From the NCBI RefSeq assembly GCF_001194135.2, contig NC_068989.1, positions 29,296,102 through 29,360,101 on the forward strand: 64,000 nucleotides of DNA, given 5' to 3'. This DNA comes from Octopus bimaculoides. Its lineage: Eukaryota. This document shows, in pieces, positions 60,181 to 64,000 of this stretch; within the stretch, counting starts at the first letter, position 1; every line of letters begins with the position of its first letter. The notes below the pieces were generated by a model, which saw only the letters and a program-made list of their open reading frames with translations, searched no databases and was not told the DNA's origin. A program made the position numbers and the translations under genes.

Positions 60181-60852
60181 TTATATATCTAATATCATTT
60201 AAAGGACACATAAGAGATAAAATTTATTTCATAACTAATGTAAAGAATTGACACATAGGATTTGCATGGTTTATAATGATGGACTCATCAAGGTTTAAGA
60301 AACTGATAAAATGAATGATTGGAATTAACATAGAATATAATGGTGAACTAAATAGAGAACATGATAATTTTGTACTAATTTAATTAGATTGCCTATCTTA
60401 AATTATCAGGAACTTGTGTTAACTAACATGAGCTAAGTACAAAATAATAATGGAACAAGGATTAGATTTATTACAGTCACCCATGAAATAACAATAATAA
60501 TACTACAACAACAATGGAATAACATGAATCCTTTAGGGTCAGGCATCGAATAAAATTTAGAAAGGTTTGAAAATTATTAAAAACTGTTAAGAAATTTCAG
60601 AACATCCTATTCATTTAAGTTAAGTAAGATACACACTAAACTAACAGCAATAGCAAAAGTGATATGAAAAAAATTTAAGTAAAACCATATACCATCCATG
60701 GATAAAGTTAAAATTTTAGTTTTCACAGGAAGATTATACATTAAGGTGAGAGATCAAAAATATGCTATAAGTTCAATTTCAATTTAAATATGTACTGATT
60801 ATAGCCTAAGATAAACATGGTGGATGTTAAAATACGACACTATTTAAGATTG

Positions 60853-61449
60853 CTACTTTTTAAAATATTTAAAAGTGCAAGTGGAACAGTGTACACACAA
60901 TACTCTAAGGTCTAATCTCTTATTAATCAGGTTAGAATTATTTCTAAGTTTAAAAATTTCATATGTTTCCATGGAACATAGTTCACATCCATATCTGCTA
61001 TTTCTATAAGGTTGGGCTTTTCTTGTAATTTCCCTTTTAAGGCTAAAACTAATACCACATTCCTTTAATTCCCAAATTTTATTTGAAAGCAATGTACAAT
61101 TAGCCTTATGTTTAAGTCTAAAAGATGACAGGTGGTTATATATACGCTGTTTCAAATTAATCGTACATCCCAAGTAAATATCATTATCAGTTATAGTACT
61201 TATTGTGCATTTATATACTACATTTCTGGTGAAACATTGGCCTAATAACGGACAACGGGACTTATTTCTACAATTGCAACTAGTGGAATTATCAACAACA
61301 CCAATATCATTACTAAGATTTAAATTATTGTTGTTACAATTATTCGCATTGATATTATTTCCCCTATTATTTATTCTGTTATCAGGCTTATTATGATCAC
61401 TTCTATTACTATCTAACTCCATTTCCATCGTGCTATCAGATAGAATCAT
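60853..61449 (-). mobile_element. Penelope-like GIY-YIG endonuclease, uninterrupted ORF, no RT attached
   Basis: An Asn-rich linker, then CNCRNKSRCPLLGQCFTRNVVYKC..IYLGCTINLKQRIYNHLSSF..LSNKIWELK..CELCSMETYEI..LINKRLDLRVLCVHC; open to the stop at 60853. Confidence 0.88.
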
Positions 61450-61459
61450 TCCCACCCCT

Positions 61460-62480
61460 AGGGCACTTTCAAGTCAGCAATCCAACTGACTCTTTTACCA
61501 CTGCAGATATAAAAACAGGGGCAATGATGATCGATTACATCAATATAAAGGAAGACAATGTAATAAGGGCTATAGATGAAATGAACCCACACTCAGCTAC
61601 TGGCCCTAATGGATTCCCTGCAATCCTTCTAAAAGGACACCCAACATGGTTTCCGACCAGGAAGAATCTGCCTGACTCAGCTCTTACAACACTATGACTG
61701 GGTGCTGAAACAGGTACTCAACCACTCAAATGTGGAAGTGATATATCTCGACTTTGCAAAGGCCTTTGATAAAGTCAATCATGGAGTGATATGTCACAAA
61801 TTGCGTGATCTCGGCATAGTTGGAAAATTGGGAGAATAGCTTCATGACTTTCTGAAGGATAGAAGTCAGGTGGTAGTAGCCAATGGAGCCACCTCCAATG
61901 ACATGCAAATAGTGAGCGGTGTTCCGCAGGGCACTGTTTTGGGACAACTACTGTTCATAATGACCCTCTCAGACATGACTTCAGCCACACAGAGAGCCAT
62001 GATCACAAGTTATGCAGATGATACAAAAGTCTCCCAGGTAATACAGAACCCTGAAGTCACTACACACCTGCAATGTGAGCTGTATGATATATACAAGTGG
62101 GCTAAATAGATTAGCATACAGTTTAATGCTGAAAAGTTTCAAGCCTTGTGCTATCAGCATGCAAAACTAAATGCAATACCCATTGAATACACTGGACCAA
62201 CCTGGAGGGATTGCAATCCCTGAGGCACAGTCAGTGGACGTAGTGCAGGCTCAACGGCTATGTAGCAATAGCATGGGTACGCAGAAATTCCGGGATGGTG
62301 TCCGGCATGCTGAAAGACCACTGGGAGTGAGGCACCCCTCAGCTTTTGTTGAAGCACATCTGTAGGAGAAGGTCACTCTGATATGAAACGAGATATGCAG
62401 GGAATGGCATTGGACATTTTGGGGATATTTGGTTTGTGCTAGAGATCACAGCGCTCCCACATCCTTAAGCCTGTGACTCA
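61460..62480 (+). mobile_element. CR1-clade LINE RT fragment with internal deletions
   Basis: SATGPNGFP, QHGFRPGR..CLTQLL, VIYLDFAKAFDKVNH, SGVPQGTVLGQLLF, YADDTK. Confidence 0.9.
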
Positions 62481-62489
62481 TATTGGCAC

Positions 62490-64000
62490 CAGACATCTTG
62501 CTCTGGCTTGTCTCTGGGTAATGTCAATAAAGTGGAGAGAGCCTATGAGGTGTTGTGCAATCCTTATAGGACCTAAAACTCTGCACAGGAATTGCCGACC
62601 TCTGTTCGATATGTGCAATTTTTTTTTCATCCTATAAATATTTATCTTATTTTTATGTCTTTCCATATCTGGTCAGTTTAGTGCAACTGATGGATGTCCA
62701 CCCTGCGCTCGAAAAACAAAGAGTCTTTTATTTATAAAATCTGGACGGAACTTAAACATTTCATGTTGGAATGTGCGCACTCTGTTGGACAACAAGAGTG
62801 ATTGTAGGCCTGAAAGACACACTGCACTTGTTACGCGTGAGCTGAACCGTTATAACATTGATATAGCTGCACTCTCAGAGACTCATATAGAAGATGATGG
62901 TCAGCTTGAGGAAGTAGCAAGTGGATACACCTTTTTTTGGAAAGGAACACAGAAGGAGGAGCGCAGAGAGGCTGGTGTTGGTTTTGCAGTCCGATCTGAT
63001 ATCCTTAAGAAGTTGGAAGAGCTCCCTGTTCCTATAAATGAACGTATAATGACTCTGCGGTTGCACTTGAAAGGTAGGCAGTTTGCTACTCTAATAAGTG
63101 CTTATGCACCTACTTCGACTAGCTGTGATGAAGATAAAACAATCTTTTATACCCAGCTGAGAGCCATACTTAGAAAAATCCCCAATTCTGATAAAGTCAT
63201 TCTACTGGGGGATTTTAATGCCAGAGTTGGAACAGACTGGCAAACATGGAACTCTCTAGGACGTTTTGGAGTAGGGAAAATGAATAGCTATTGTCTCATG
63301 CTACTGGAGCTTTGTGAAGAACATGGACTTTACATCGCAAGCACTCATTTTATGCACAAAGGTGATCACACAACAACGTGGATGCATCCAAGGTCCAAAG
63401 TTTTGCACTTGCTAGATTATGTCATCATCCACAAGCGCAAGATCTATGACATTTGTAATGTCAAGTCCTTTCATGGATTGGAATGCTGGACAGACCACAG
63501 TCTGGTGCGAGCAAAGTTCTGAATGACGATTAGAGTGAAAGAGAGAAGAGGACCAGTCAGCATTCCTTGGCATCTAAATGTCCACAAGGTATATGATATT
63601 GTGGTTAGGAAAGAGCTTCAGACTCGCTTGTCCAGCATTGAAAATACTGCAGCATGGGAAAATTTTCAAGACCAGGTTCTTCAATGTGCAGCCGAAATAC
63701 TGGGATATGTTACTGCCAGACACAGAGACTGGTTTGATGAAAATGATGCTGAAGTTCAGCGACTATTGGTGGTAAAGTGCCATGCCCACAGTGTATTGCT
63801 ACACAGAGAACTGTCTACTGTGCAGCGAAGTCTAGCACTTGCCCACTATAGCAGTGTAGAATCACTACTGCAGCAATCTCTCAGGAAGATGCAGAACACT
63901 TGGTGGGAGGATCTTGCTCGTTATGTTCAGGCTGCTGCTAATGCAAATGACAGCAAGAAGCTTTACCATCTTATGAAGTGAGCTTATGGACCTAAGAGCT
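62490..64000 (+). mobile_element. RTE-BovB-like LINE, 5' part (APE domain), runs off the window
   Basis: SCWNVRTLLDN..RPERHTALVTRELNRYNIDIAALSET..SGYTFFWKG..GVGFAV..ISAYAPT..LLGDFNARVG..TWMHPRSKVLHLLDYV..WTDHSLV; stops at ~63520 and ~63979. Confidence 0.93.

Overview
Eukaryotic, AT-rich, CpG-depleted, repeat-dense genomic DNA with 5 assembly gaps. The SINE/LINE complement looks like Octopus (a cephalopod); this is recognition from memory, not a database result. About three quarters of the window is decayed mobile DNA: RTE-clade LINEs with (GAT)n tails (one near full length), R4/Dong-like LINEs in (TAA)n, Tx1/L1-like and CR1-like fragments, Penelope-like GIY-YIG fragments and hammerhead-like relics, three Helitrons, Tc1, mariner, hAT, MULE, a TTAA MITE and two tRNA-type SINE families. 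The only convincing host-gene signal is one 162-nt + strand exon (57442-57603), so most of the window is probably one very long intron. The most notable observation is a site with recursive-splicing (ratchet point) architecture on the + strand at 18764-18861: branch point, pyrimidine tract, CAG|GTAAGT, a 61-nt cryptic exon and a second GTAAGT donor. A similar site lies on the - strand at 186-269. No prokaryote-type systems are present (no CRISPR, operons, rRNA or tRNA genes). Most repeat boundaries are approximate and were read by eye.
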